Below are positions 1 to 9,853 of a stretch of DNA of 248,000 bases, in pieces. The translations under genes and the position numbers were made by a program. Position 1 is the first letter of the stretch, and every line of letters begins with the position of its first letter. Source of the DNA: Hyalangium minutum (GTDB lineage Bacteria; Myxococcota; Myxococcia; Myxococcales; Myxococcaceae); NCBI RefSeq assembly GCF_000737315.1, contig NZ_JMCB01000008.1, positions 20,001 to 268,000 of the forward strand, read 5' to 3'. The notes under the pieces were generated by a model. The model was not told the origin of the DNA. It made no database searches and saw only the letters and a list, made by a program, of their open reading frames with translations.

Positions 1-519
1 CGCGAGAAGAAGGAGGGCCTGGGCCGCGCGTACCTCGCCGCCTTCCGCTGGGCGCTCGCCGAGGGCTACACGTACATCATCGAGATGGACGCGGACTTCA
101 GCCACGATCCGCGCTACCTGCCCGGCCTGCTGGATACAGCCGAGGCCGGTGCGGACCTGGTGCTGGGCTCGCGCTACGTCCATGGCGGCGGCACGGTGAA
201 CTGGGGCGTGGGGCGGAAGGTCATCAGCCGGGGAGGTTCGCTCTACGCACGCACCATCCTCGGGGTGGACGTGAGGGATCTGACGGGCGGCTTCAAGTGC
301 TTCAACCGCCGCGTCCTGGAGAGCATCGAGCTCGACCAGGTGAAGAGCACCGGCTACGCCTTCCAGATCGAGCTCACCTACCGCACGCTCAAGAAGGGCT
401 TCACCGTGCGCGAGCTGCCCATCGTCTTCGAGGATCGCCGCGTCGGGCAGTCGAAGATGAGCCGGAAGATCTTCCTCGAGGCGCTCACCATGGTGTGGAA
501 GCTCCGGCTGACGGTGTGA
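1..519 (+). CDS. Polyprenol monophosphomannose synthase (GT2), 5'-truncated by window edge
   Basis: MDADFSH DxD motif, GSRY, DLTGGFKCF; frame open to position 1. Confidence 0.85.
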   Translation, partial: REKKEGLGRAYLAAFRWALAEGYTYIIEMDADFSHDPRYLPGLLDTAEAGADLVLGSRYVHGGGTVNWGVGRKVISRGGSLYARTILGVDVRDLTGGFKCFNRRVLESIELDQVKSTGYAFQIELTYRTLKKGFTVRELPIVFEDRRVGQSKMSRKIFLEALTMVWKLRLTV

Positions 520-520
520 C

Positions 521-1150
521 GTGAGCGCCTACCTCACCCACTTCCTCGTCTCGCTGTCCGCGGTCTTCTTCGTGGTGGACCCCATCGGCGTGGTGCCCAT
601 CTTCCTGGCCATCACCGCGGGGGACTCGCAGACGAAGATGCGCCGCACGGCCCTGCGGGCCTGCATCGTGGCCGGGGGCCTGCTGTGCTTCTTCGCCGTG
701 TTCGGCGGCGTCATCTTCCAGGTGTTCGGCGTCTCGCTGGCCGCCTTCCGCGTGGCCGGCGGCATCCTGCTGCTCATCACCTCGCTGGACATGCTCCGCG
801 CCCGCCCTTCCGAGACGCGCACCACCCCCTCCGAGGAACAGGAGGGCGTCGCCAAGGAGGACGTGGCCCTGGTGCCGCTGGCCATGCCGCTGCTGGCCGG
901 GCCCGGCGCCATCGCCAGTGCCATGGTGCTGATGTCCAAGGGGGAGAGCCCGCTGATGGGCGTCCCAGTGCTCGCCGCCATCGTCCTCACGTTCGTGGCG
1001 GCCTACTTCATCCTCCGCGCTTCCCACCTGGTGCAGCGCGTGCTCAAGCAGTCCGGCGTCGCCATCCTCGAGCGCGTAATGGGGCTCATCCTCGCCGCCA
1101 TCGCCGTGCAGTTCATGGCCGACGGCGCCAAGGACCTGCTCGCGCGCTGA
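521..1150 (+). CDS. MarC family membrane protein
   Basis: DPIG...AFRVAGGILL...PLAMPLLAGPG...ERVMGLIL. Confidence 0.9.
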   Translation: MSAYLTHFLVSLSAVFFVVDPIGVVPIFLAITAGDSQTKMRRTALRACIVAGGLLCFFAVFGGVIFQVFGVSLAAFRVAGGILLLITSLDMLRARPSETRTTPSEEQEGVAKEDVALVPLAMPLLAGPGAIASAMVLMSKGESPLMGVPVLAAIVLTFVAAYFILRASHLVQRVLKQSGVAILERVMGLILAAIAVQFMADGAKDLLAR

Positions 1151-1151
1151 G

Positions 1152-1604
1152 TCAGTCGGACGCGGACGCCCAGCCGCCCTCGGGGTTGCGGCGGACCACA
1201 CCCTGGGTCACCTCGCTCATCGACAGCCCCTCCGGACCGGACCGGCGCGCGTCGTACGCATAGCCGTTCGGCGTCTCCTGCAGGTAGACCACCAGCCCCT
1301 GCCGCCCGAGCTGCCGCACCACGCGGAACTGGGTGTCTCCGCACTCGGGCGAGTCGCCCACGAAGAAGCGCTCCAGAAGCCCCTCCTCGGGCTTGCGCAC
1401 GAAGACCGTCACCGGCACGGGCGGCTCCGTCCCATCGCCGGCGAACGCCGCCAGTTCCTGGGCCGGCAGCGGCTCGCTCAGGACCATCCGCACCAGCGCG
1501 CACTTCTCCTCCTCTTGATGGAGGCTCTGCGCAACCGGAACGGCGGAATGTGCGCAGCCCACAAGGGCAAGGCCGAGCGTGGTGGAGAGGGCAAGGCGAT
1601 TCAT
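1152..1604 (-). CDS. Hypothetical lipoprotein
   Basis: MNRLAL...LVGC lipobox; real start lies inside a longer GC-shadow ORF. Confidence 0.6.
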   Translation of the reverse strand: MNRLALSTTLGLALVGCAHSAVPVAQSLHQEEEKCALVRMVLSEPLPAQELAAFAGDGTEPPVPVTVFVRKPEEGLLERFFVGDSPECGDTQFRVVRQLGRQGLVVYLQETPNGYAYDARRSGPEGLSMSEVTQGVVRRNPEGGWASASD

Positions 1605-1627
1605 CCGTCGGTTCCTCCAAGAGGGTG

Positions 1628-2650
1628 TCACAGCGGTCTCCACTGCGGAGAGAAGGGAGCGTTGATCAGCGAGGGATCGTCCACGGAGATGATGTACTCG
1701 GCACGGCGGTTGGCCGACTCGGCGGTCTCGTCCGGCGTCGGCTTGTGGGGCGCCTGCTCGCCAAAGCCCTCGAAGTAGATGGGCAATCGCGCGCCGTGCG
1801 AGCGGAAGTACGCGGCGATGCTGCGCGCCCGCTGCAGGGACAGCTCGCGGTTGGCCTGCGTAGGGCCCACCGTGTCCGTGTGCCCCAGGATGTAGAGCCG
1901 GAGCGCCGCGAACTCCCCGTAGCGCTTCACCGCCTCCGCGATCTTCTGCACGCTCTTGTCGAGCTTCGAGCGCTCCGCCGCAGGAATCTCCGCGCTGCCC
2001 GAGGCGAAGATCACCTCCTCGTGCGGGATGTCCACCTGCCACGGGAAGAACTCCACGCTCTGGTAGAAGTCCGCCGTGTCGTAGGCCTTGAGGGAGATCT
2101 TCAGCACCTTGCCGGCCGGCTTGGGCCACGTGACTTCGAGCGGCGTGCCCGCAGGCTCGCCCTTGAACTTGATCTCGCCATCGAAGGCGTTCCAGCCGGA
2201 GTCCGACACCACCGTCAGCTTCGCCTTGCCCGCGGGCCGCGAGAGCTTGAAGCGCAGCTTGCGCTCCGCCAAGTCCAGGTCCTCCTTGGACACCGTGAGC
2301 GTCAGCGGCCCCAGCAGCTCCGTGTCGAAGGACAGCGGCATCTTCCCGGGCTGTGCGCCCTTGAAGCGCACCGTCAGCTCGCCCTCGTAGTGGAAGCGGC
2401 CCTCGGGCTGCTCCAGTTCCAGGGTGCGCGTCATTCCAGGCTTCCCGCCGTCCTTGAACTCGAACTCCTTGCCGTCCGAGCGCTTCAGCTTCACGTCGAA
2501 GCCGAGGATGGGCTCGAGAATCTCCACCTTCAGCGCTGGCAGGCCCTGGCCCAGCGGTACGCGCGAGTCGAGGGACACATGAATGGCATCCCCTGCCAAA
2601 GCAGGCGAGGAGGCAAGAGCAAGGCAGAGCAGGAGGACGCGAACGTTCAT
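1628..2650 (-). CDS. OmpA-family protein
   Basis: Signal peptide; C-terminal GHTD...NRELSLQRA...NRRAE OmpA domain. Confidence 0.85.
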   Translation of the reverse strand: MNVRVLLLCLALASSPALAGDAIHVSLDSRVPLGQGLPALKVEILEPILGFDVKLKRSDGKEFEFKDGGKPGMTRTLELEQPEGRFHYEGELTVRFKGAQPGKMPLSFDTELLGPLTLTVSKEDLDLAERKLRFKLSRPAGKAKLTVVSDSGWNAFDGEIKFKGEPAGTPLEVTWPKPAGKVLKISLKAYDTADFYQSVEFFPWQVDIPHEEVIFASGSAEIPAAERSKLDKSVQKIAEAVKRYGEFAALRLYILGHTDTVGPTQANRELSLQRARSIAAYFRSHGARLPIYFEGFGEQAPHKPTPDETAESANRRAEYIISVDDPSLINAPFSPQWRPL

Positions 2651-2796
2651 GGGAGCGGCAACCTCGGGCATGCCGGGCGGGGGGCAACAGGGCCCCCGCA
2701 AAAATGATTCCCCGAAGCCGACGGTAGGACGGCGCCTGAATTCAGGGAATGGGTCCCGAGAGGCGCTTGGCACGCCCGAAAGAGGACACGCCGCGC

Positions 2797-3600
2797 TCAG
2801 CTCACGCCTACCACCGTAATCCCTTGGGATTCCGCCGCTTTGAAGAGCTGAGGAGCGTCCAGCAGCACCGTCCTCCCGGCCTCCAGGGCTAGCACCGCGG
2901 CCCCCACCTCGCGCATGACCTCCAAGGTGCGAGGCCCGGCCGCCGGTAAATCGAAGCGCAGGTCCTGCCCCGGCTTGCAGCGCTTCACCACCACCGCGCC
3001 CTTGCCTCCCAGCTTGCCCCCTCGGCGGATGGTCTCGTCCGTGCCCTCCACGGCCTCCAGCGCAAGCACATGCCCGTTGCGCACCACCACCGTCTGCCCC
3101 ACATCCGCCTTCCCCAGAAGCCCCGCCACCTCTACCCCGAGCGCCACATCCTGCTCCTGCGCCGTGTGCAGCTTCGGGCCCGCCAGGTGTCCCACCGGGC
3201 AGAGCACCTCGGAGAGGTAGTCCGTGGGCGCGACGATCGTCACGCCGTGGGACTCGAAGTAGTCCGCGATGGCTCGCAGCAGCGTGTCGTCCCGGAAGCT
3301 GCGGATGCGCGAGATGATGCGCACCGCGCCCAGATCCGGCCGAGCCTCCGTGAGCGCCTTCACCCGGCCGATGCCACCCGCCATCGCCGCGCGGGCCACG
3401 CCCGCCTTCTGGAAGGTGCGGACGATCTTGTCCACCTGCCCCAGGCGGACCCACGTGAAGGAGGCCACCTGCGCCTCCAGCGCGGGATCCGTCTCGCCCC
3501 GGTGAGCCACCACCACCACCTCGAGCCCGCGAGTGCGCGCCTCGCGGGCGAAGAGGAAGGGCAGCTGTCCGTTTCCTGCGATGAGGCCGATGCGCTCCAC
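2797..3600 (-). CDS. lpxI: UDP-2,3-diacylglucosamine hydrolase LpxI
   Basis: IGLIAGNGQLP, DVGQTVVV, EAVEGTD, QDLRFDLP; follows lpxA. Confidence 0.9.
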   Translation of the reverse strand: MERIGLIAGNGQLPFLFAREARTRGLEVVVVAHRGETDPALEAQVASFTWVRLGQVDKIVRTFQKAGVARAAMAGGIGRVKALTEARPDLGAVRIISRIRSFRDDTLLRAIADYFESHGVTIVAPTDYLSEVLCPVGHLAGPKLHTAQEQDVALGVEVAGLLGKADVGQTVVVRNGHVLALEAVEGTDETIRRGGKLGGKGAVVVKRCKPGQDLRFDLPAAGPRTLEVMREVGAAVLALEAGRTVLLDAPQLFKAAESQGITVVGVS

Positions 3601-3609
3601 CGGCTCAGC

Positions 3610-4386
3610 CTAGCGCGTCAGCCCGCGCTTGCTCTGGCTGATGAAATCGACCAGGTGGTCGATCTCCGGCTGGCCGCTGAACTCCGCCTTCAGCCGCGCC
3701 AGCGCTTCCGCCATCTGCAGCTTGGAGCGGAAGAGGATCTTGTACGCCTCTTTGATGCGGCCGATCTGCGCCTCGGTGAAGCCGTGACGCTCCAGGCCCA
3801 CCGTGTTCAGCCCCACCAACTCCGCCCGGTCTCCCTGGGCCATGCAGTACGGGGGCACATCCATCACCACCATGGCGCCGCCCGCCACGAAGGCGTGCTT
3901 GCCGATGCGCGTGAACTGGTGGACCGCCGTCAGCCCCGAGAAGATGACGTGATCCTCCACCATCACGTGCCCGCCGAGCGCCGCGCTGTTGGCCAGGATG
4001 CAGCCGTTGCCCACCACGCAGTCATGCGCCACGTGGCTGTTGGCCATGAAGAGGTTGCGGTTGCCAATGCGCGTGACGCCGCCACCTCCCGCCGTGCCAA
4101 TGTGCAGCGTGGTGAACTCGCGGATCTGATTCTCGTCGCCGATGATCAGCTCCGTGTCCTCGCCCCCGTACTTGAGATCCTGCGGCGCCGCACCGAGCGA
4201 GGAGAACTGGAACACGCGGTTGCGCGCGCCCAGCGTCGTCCGACCCTCGATGACGACGTGAGGACCCACGTGCGAGCCCGGACCGATCTTCACCTTCGGC
4301 CCAATCACTGAGTAGGGACCGATCTCCACCGTCTCGTGGATCTGGGCGTCCGGGTGGACAACCGCCGTGGGGTGAACCTGAGACAT
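3610..4386 (-). CDS. lpxA: UDP-GlcNAc acyltransferase
   Basis: Hexapeptide repeats, PQDLKY, HVAHDC. Confidence 0.95.
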   Translation of the reverse strand: MSQVHPTAVVHPDAQIHETVEIGPYSVIGPKVKIGPGSHVGPHVVIEGRTTLGARNRVFQFSSLGAAPQDLKYGGEDTELIIGDENQIREFTTLHIGTAGGGGVTRIGNRNLFMANSHVAHDCVVGNGCILANSAALGGHVMVEDHVIFSGLTAVHQFTRIGKHAFVAGGAMVVMDVPPYCMAQGDRAELVGLNTVGLERHGFTEAQIGRIKEAYKILFRSKLQMAEALARLKAEFSGQPEIDHLVDFISQSKRGLTR

Positions 4387-4412
4387 GCCTTCTCTCCTTC
4401 CGTCCCCGCCGC

Positions 4413-4877
4413 TCAGGGCGCCGGTTCCTCGGCGGACTTGGCGTCCTTGTCCACCACAGTAGCGAGGAACTCACCCTCGGCGACCTTCACTCCGTCGACC
4501 GTGGCGGTGCCCTTCGTCTTCCAGATAACGCCCTTGTGGCGCAGCACTTCGATGCCCAGCTGGAGCCGGTCCCCGGGCAGCACGGGCTTGCGGAACTTCG
4601 CGTTGTCCACGCCCATCAGGTAGGTGACCTTGCTCTCCGGGTCCATGCTCTCGCTCTTGTAGGCGAGGATGGCCGAGGCCTGCGCCAGCGCCTCCAGGAT
4701 GAGCACGCCCGGCATCACCGGGTGCCCGGGGAAGTGGCCGTTGAAGAAGGGCTCGTTGATGGTGACGTTCTTGTAGGCCGTAAGCTTCTGCCCGGGGACG
4801 ATCTCCACCACGCGGTCCACCAACAAGAACGGGTAGCGGTGGGGCAGCAACCGCTGGATCTCTCCAATGTCCATCAT
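4413..4877 (-). CDS. fabZ: 3-hydroxyacyl-ACP dehydratase
   Basis: [24 protein letters not shown]. Confidence 0.95.
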   Translation of the reverse strand: MMDIGEIQRLLPHRYPFLLVDRVVEIVPGQKLTAYKNVTINEPFFNGHFPGHPVMPGVLILEALAQASAILAYKSESMDPESKVTYLMGVDNAKFRKPVLPGDRLQLGIEVLRHKGVIWKTKGTATVDGVKVAEGEFLATVVDKDAKSAEEPAP

Positions 4878-5938
4878 CCGCCCTTCTCCTTCTCGAGCAG
4901 CTCTACCCTGCGGCGCAGGGCTCGCACTTCCTTGAGCAGATCTCCCAGCTGGCCCAGCGCCGCCGAGTTCTTCAGCCAGTCCCGGTGCGGCACGGCTGGG
5001 CTGCCGGAGACCACCTGCCCATCCTCCACGTCATGCGCCACACCCGACTGGGCGCCCACCTTGGCCAGGTCACCCACGCGGATGTGGCCCACCACGCCCA
5101 CCTGCCCCGCCAGCACCACGCCGGTGCCCAGCTCGGCCGAGCCGGACACGCCCGCCTGCGCGCAGATGAGCGACAGCGGGCCCACCTTCACGTTGTGGGC
5201 GATCTGCACCAGATTGTCGATCTTCGTCCCGCGGCCGATCACCGTCTCGCCCAGCGTCGCCCGGTCGATGCAGGTGCACGCGCCCACTTCCACATCATCC
5301 TCGATGCGGACGATGCCTGTCTGCGGGATCTTGTAGTGCTCCGGCCCGTTCTCGCCCTCGGCGTTGAACGCAAAGCCGAAGCCGTCCGCCCCCACCACGC
5401 ACGAGGCGTGGAGGATGACGCGCGAGCCCACCTGGCAGCCCTCGCGCACGGCGACATTGGGATAGAGCAGGCAGTCCTCGCCTACCGTAGCTCCCTCGCC
5501 CACGTAGGCACCGGGGTAGAGGACGGAGCGAGCGCCCACGCTGGCAGCCTTCTCCACCGTGGCGCCCGCCATCACCGTGGCTTCGGGATGGACCCGAGCC
5601 TCCGGGTGAACGTGCGCCTGAGGGCTCACCCCGGGAGCGGGGCGCGGCGGCGCGTGAAACAGCGTCAGCAGCCGGGCGAAGGCCAGGTGCGGGTTGGGGA
5701 CCCGGATGAGCGCCACGCCCTGGCGGGCCGGCGCGTCGGAGCCCACCAGCACGGCGGAGGCCTTCGTCGCCTCGTACTGCTTCCGGTACTTCGTATTGCC
5801 GTAGAAGGACACGTCCCCAGAGCCCGCCTCGACGAGCCCATTGAGGCCATGGATCAGCAGGCTGGCGTCTCCCAGGAGCTCACCTGCCACATGGGTGGCG
5901 AGCTCTCCCAGCCTGCGCGGCGTAGACGTGCGGTTCAC
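4874..5938 (-). CDS. lpxD: UDP-3-O-acylglucosamine N-acyltransferase
   Basis: DGFGF, IDRATLG, KIDNLVQIAHN. Confidence 0.95.
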   Translation of the reverse strand: MNRTSTPRRLGELATHVAGELLGDASLLIHGLNGLVEAGSGDVSFYGNTKYRKQYEATKASAVLVGSDAPARQGVALIRVPNPHLAFARLLTLFHAPPRPAPGVSPQAHVHPEARVHPEATVMAGATVEKAASVGARSVLYPGAYVGEGATVGEDCLLYPNVAVREGCQVGSRVILHASCVVGADGFGFAFNAEGENGPEHYKIPQTGIVRIEDDVEVGACTCIDRATLGETVIGRGTKIDNLVQIAHNVKVGPLSLICAQAGVSGSAELGTGVVLAGQVGVVGHIRVGDLAKVGAQSGVAHDVEDGQVVSGSPAVPHRDWLKNSAALGQLGDLLKEVRALRRRVELLEKEKGG

Positions 5939-5950
5939 GGCGTCAGCGCT

Positions 5951-6541
5951 CTACTTCTTGGGGGCGTCCTTGGCTACCGGCGCGTCCTTCGGAGCGGCCG
6001 GAGCCTTGGGAGCCGCGGTCTTGGGCAGGGCGTTGTAGGCGCGGATGACCTCGTTAGACAGGTCGTACTGCGTCTGCGCGTACACCAGACCGGAGTCCCG
6101 CTTCTCGAAGATGAAGGAGAAGCCATCGCGCTCGGCGATCTTCGCGATGACGCCGTCGATCTTGTCGACGATGGGCTCCATCTCCTGGCGCTCGCGGCCG
6201 GCGGCCTCTGAGCGGTAGCGGTCCCACTTCTGGGCCAGCTCCATCACCTTCCTCTGCAGCTCGGCGCCCTTCTGCATGCGCGTGTCGTCGCTCATGGCGC
6301 TGGCCTGCTTGTCCAGGGTCTCCTTCTCCTTGCGGAGGGCCTCCTGCTCCCGGTCGATCTCCTTCTGCCGGTCCTCCAGCCACTTCTGGAGGCGAGTCTT
6401 GGCGGCCTTGCCGTCCTCCACCGCCAGGAGGACCTGCTGGTAGTCCACGTAGCCGAACTTCACGGACTGCGCGGAGGCAGCGACCGGGAGGGCAAACGAC
6501 AGAGCGGCGGTCAGGACCGCCAGGGTGCTTCGAAGCGACAT
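5951..6541 (-). CDS. skp: OmpH/Skp periplasmic chaperone
   Basis: Signal peptide, KFGYVDYQ, coiled coil; between bamA and lpxD. Confidence 0.85.
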   Translation of the reverse strand: MSLRSTLAVLTAALSFALPVAASAQSVKFGYVDYQQVLLAVEDGKAAKTRLQKWLEDRQKEIDREQEALRKEKETLDKQASAMSDDTRMQKGAELQRKVMELAQKWDRYRSEAAGRERQEMEPIVDKIDGVIAKIAERDGFSFIFEKRDSGLVYAQTQYDLSNEVIRAYNALPKTAAPKAPAAPKDAPVAKDAPKK

Positions 6542-6651
6542 GTCAACGGCTCCTAAGGGGGTGTACTGGCTCCGACGTCCGTCCCCAGCGGTTCTTCAAC
6601 ACCCCCTGGGTAGGGGGGCCCGGAGCACCGGGGAGGACGCCTTATCAGAAA

Positions 6652-9129
6652 TCAGAAGAAGTTGCCGATGGTGAACTCGAAGAGGTAGGGCTCATCTTCC
6701 GGACGCTTGGTCAGGGGGAAGCCCCACTCGAAGCGCAGCGGGCCTACCGGGGAGAACCAGCGGAACCCGAAGCCCACGGAGTGGAAGAGGCCGAGCGGCA
6801 CCTTGTCCTGCCGGTCCTGGAAGAAGCGCTCGTTGCGCGCGAAGGCATTACCCGCGTCATAGAAGAGCACGCCGCGGATGCCGGCCTTCTCGAACACGGG
6901 GAACTCCAGCTCCAGGTTGAGGATGAGCTGCTTGTTGCCGCCCGTGCGGAACTCGGTGACGGTGGCGTCGGGCGACTCGGAGCGGGGCACCGTCAGCGTG
7001 GGGCTGATGCTGCGCAGGAAATAGCCGCGCACGGTGTTGATGCCGCCCAGGTAGTAGAGCTCGGAGATCGGCAGCGGGCTGTCCGACTCCAGTTGCTGGA
7101 TGTAGCCCACCGTGGCGTTCGTCTTGAAGACGAAGCCCAGCGGCATGGGGAAGTACAGGCGCGAGTACGCCGTGTAGCGCGTGTAGAGGAACGTGCCGCC
7201 CAGGAGCTTCGGGGCGAACTCCACCGAGCCGTAGTGGATGAAGCCGCGCGACGGGAACAGGCGGTTGTCGCGGCGATCGAACGAGAGCGACAGGCGCGCG
7301 GCGCTGGTGACACCGCTGAGGAACTGGTTGGCCAGCAGCACCGAGCCCAGCGCCTGGCCGGCCTCCACGTCCACGTACTCGCGGGTGTAGCCCACGGTGC
7401 CCAGCAGGTCGTCCACGAACTGGTAGCCCAGCGAGAGGCTGCCGCCCGTGGAGCGACGCACGAAGCCGTCATAGTCCGCGTCCACCCGGAAGAAGTCCGC
7501 GGACAGCAGGTACTGCGTGTCCAGGAAGTACGGATCGTAGAAGGACAGCTGGATGAGCGACTTGAGGCCGGAGATCTGCGCCGAGGCCGAGACGCTCTGC
7601 CCCCACCCCAGGAAGTTGTTCTGGGACACCTGCGCCGTGAAGATGAAGTTCTCCACGTTGGAGAAGCCCAGGCCCACCTGGAAGGTACCGGTGGCCTTCT
7701 CCTTCACCTCCACCTGGAGGACGATCCTGTCGTCCGCGCTGCCCGGCTTCTGGGTGATGTCCACCGTCTCGAAGAAGCCCAGCGCCGTGACGCGCTCCTT
7801 GCTGCGGCGCACACCCGTGCCGTTGTAGAGCTCGCCCTCGTAGACGCGCAGCTCGCGGCGGATGACCTTGTCGCGCGTCTTCGTGTTGCCGATGACGTCG
7901 ATGCGCTCGATCGTGACTTGCGGGCCCTTCTGGATGTCGAACGTCAGGTCCACCGTCTTCGTGTCCGCGTTCACCGCGGTGACGGGGTTGATGTTCGCGT
8001 AGGCATAGCCCTGGTCGTAGTAGACGTCCGTGATCGTCAGGATGTCCTGCGACAGCTTGGAGCGGTTGAAGCGCTCGCCCTTCGCGGACGTCATCTTCGC
8101 CGCCAGGCCCTCCTCGGCGACGATCAGGTCTCCTCCGAAGCCCAGCTTGCCGATGTCGTACGGCTCGCCCTCGGTCACCTTGAGGGTGATGTAGATGTAG
8201 CGCTTGTCCGCCGACAGCGAGATGACCGGCTTTTCGATGCGGACGTTGATGAAGCCGTAGTCGTAATAAGTGGCCTGGATGACGGCCAGGTCACGCTGGA
8301 AGGCCTCCTCGCGGTAGGTGCCCTCGCTGGTGAGGAAGGAGAAGTAGCCGCCCTCGCGGGTCACCATCACCGCCTTGAGCGTCTCCGGCGTCACCTGGTG
8401 CGCGCCAATGAAGGTGATCTCCTTCACCATCACCTTGGCGTGCTCGTTGATGACGATCACCACGTCGACGTTGGCGCCGCCCTCCACGGGGTCCAGCCGG
8501 TAGGAGACCTCCGCCAGGAAGTAGCCCTTCTCCACGTACTTCTCCTGGACCTTCTTCACCGTGGAGCGCACGGCGTCCATGTCCAGGATGGTGGCGGGCT
8601 TCACGTCGATCTGTTCCTTCAGATCGTCGTTGCTCAGCTCATCGTTGCCGCTCAGCTTCACGGAGCGAACAGCGGGGCGCTCCTGCACGCGCACCACGTA
8701 GGCGATGCCCTTGGGCAGGTGCTGCACCAGCAGCTGAACATCCGTGAAGTAGCCCAGGCCCCAGACGGCCCGGAGATCGTCGGCCGTGCGGAGCGGATCG
8801 TAGACAGAGCCCTCCTTCGTCACGAGGGCGCGGCGGATGGCCTCGGCCTCGACGCGGCGGTTGCCTTCGATGCGGACCTCGACGACGCGCTCGCTCAGCT
8901 CCTCGGCGGTCGTCGCGTCCTCGTCCACCGGAGCATCCGCGGGAGGCGTGGCGGTATTAGGGGCCTGGGTCTGCCGCGCAGGGGACGCCGGGGGCGCACC
9001 CGTCTCCGCCTGTGCGAGCGCACGGCCGGGTACGAGCGCCCACAGGGTCAGCGCGAACAGAGGCAGGAGCGTCTTCAGAGACAGAACGGGAGACCTCAAG
9101 GGACAGTCGGCCTGTAAAGGGCGGGGCAA
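6652..9129 (-). CDS. bamA: Outer membrane assembly factor BamA
   Basis: POTRA repeats, GNTKTRDKVIRRE, GGINTVRGY, C-terminal F; start uncertain. Confidence 0.95.
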   Translation of the reverse strand: MPRPLQADCPLRSPVLSLKTLLPLFALTLWALVPGRALAQAETGAPPASPARQTQAPNTATPPADAPVDEDATTAEELSERVVEVRIEGNRRVEAEAIRRALVTKEGSVYDPLRTADDLRAVWGLGYFTDVQLLVQHLPKGIAYVVRVQERPAVRSVKLSGNDELSNDDLKEQIDVKPATILDMDAVRSTVKKVQEKYVEKGYFLAEVSYRLDPVEGGANVDVVIVINEHAKVMVKEITFIGAHQVTPETLKAVMVTREGGYFSFLTSEGTYREEAFQRDLAVIQATYYDYGFINVRIEKPVISLSADKRYIYITLKVTEGEPYDIGKLGFGGDLIVAEEGLAAKMTSAKGERFNRSKLSQDILTITDVYYDQGYAYANINPVTAVNADTKTVDLTFDIQKGPQVTIERIDVIGNTKTRDKVIRRELRVYEGELYNGTGVRRSKERVTALGFFETVDITQKPGSADDRIVLQVEVKEKATGTFQVGLGFSNVENFIFTAQVSQNNFLGWGQSVSASAQISGLKSLIQLSFYDPYFLDTQYLLSADFFRVDADYDGFVRRSTGGSLSLGYQFVDDLLGTVGYTREYVDVEAGQALGSVLLANQFLSGVTSAARLSLSFDRRDNRLFPSRGFIHYGSVEFAPKLLGGTFLYTRYTAYSRLYFPMPLGFVFKTNATVGYIQQLESDSPLPISELYYLGGINTVRGYFLRSISPTLTVPRSESPDATVTEFRTGGNKQLILNLELEFPVFEKAGIRGVLFYDAGNAFARNERFFQDRQDKVPLGLFHSVGFGFRWFSPVGPLRFEWGFPLTKRPEDEPYLFEFTIGNFF

Positions 9130-9175
9130 TCTAAGGGATAGGTTCGGCGTCCCTCAATCCAAAAGCGCGGAGGGT

Positions 9176-9850
9176 TCACGCGTCCGTCACCTGCCCGCCT
9201 GCAAGGCGCAGGCGCCGAGGCATGGACCGGGCCAGCGTCTCGTTGTGGGTGACGACCACCGCCGTGATGCCCAGGTCCCGGTTCACATCCCTCAAGAGCT
9301 GGTGGATGCCCTCGCCGGTGGCCGGGTCCAGGTTGCCGGTCGGCTCGTCGGCCAGCAAGACGGCAGGCTGGAGCACCAGGGCGCGGGCCAGGGCAACGCG
9401 CTGGGCCTCGCCGCCGGAGAGCTCGCCGGGCTTGTGGTCCACACGGGAGCCCAGCCCCACCCGCTCCAGCAGCTCGCGGGCCGTGGCGTACGTCTTGGCC
9501 CGGTCCGCCCGCTGCACGAGCGCCGGCATGGCCACGTTCTCCAGGGCGGTGAACTCCGGCAGCAGGTAGTGGCTCTGGAAGACGAAGCCGATGGTGCGGT
9601 TGCGGAACTCGGCGATCTCCGCGTCGCTCATGGCGAACACGGAGCGGCCCTCGAAGAACACCTCGCCAGCGGCCGGGGCGTCCAGGGTGCCCAGCACGTG
9701 GAGGAAGGTGCTCTTGCCTGCGCCGGAGGGCCCCACGAGGCTCACCAGCTCGCCGCGCTCGATGTCCAGCGAGACGGCGCGCAGCACGTCGATGCGCTTG
9801 CCGTGCAGGAAGTAGCTCTTGAAGACGTTGCGGATGGAGAGGAATGCCAT
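9176..9850 (-). CDS. lolD: Lipoprotein-releasing ABC ATPase
   Basis: GPSGAGKS, LSGGE, DEPTGNLD. Confidence 0.85.
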   Translation of the reverse strand: MAFLSIRNVFKSYFLHGKRIDVLRAVSLDIERGELVSLVGPSGAGKSTFLHVLGTLDAPAAGEVFFEGRSVFAMSDAEIAEFRNRTIGFVFQSHYLLPEFTALENVAMPALVQRADRAKTYATARELLERVGLGSRVDHKPGELSGGEAQRVALARALVLQPAVLLADEPTGNLDPATGEGIHQLLRDVNRDLGITAVVVTHNETLARSMPRRLRLAGGQVTDA

Positions 9851-9853
9851 GGC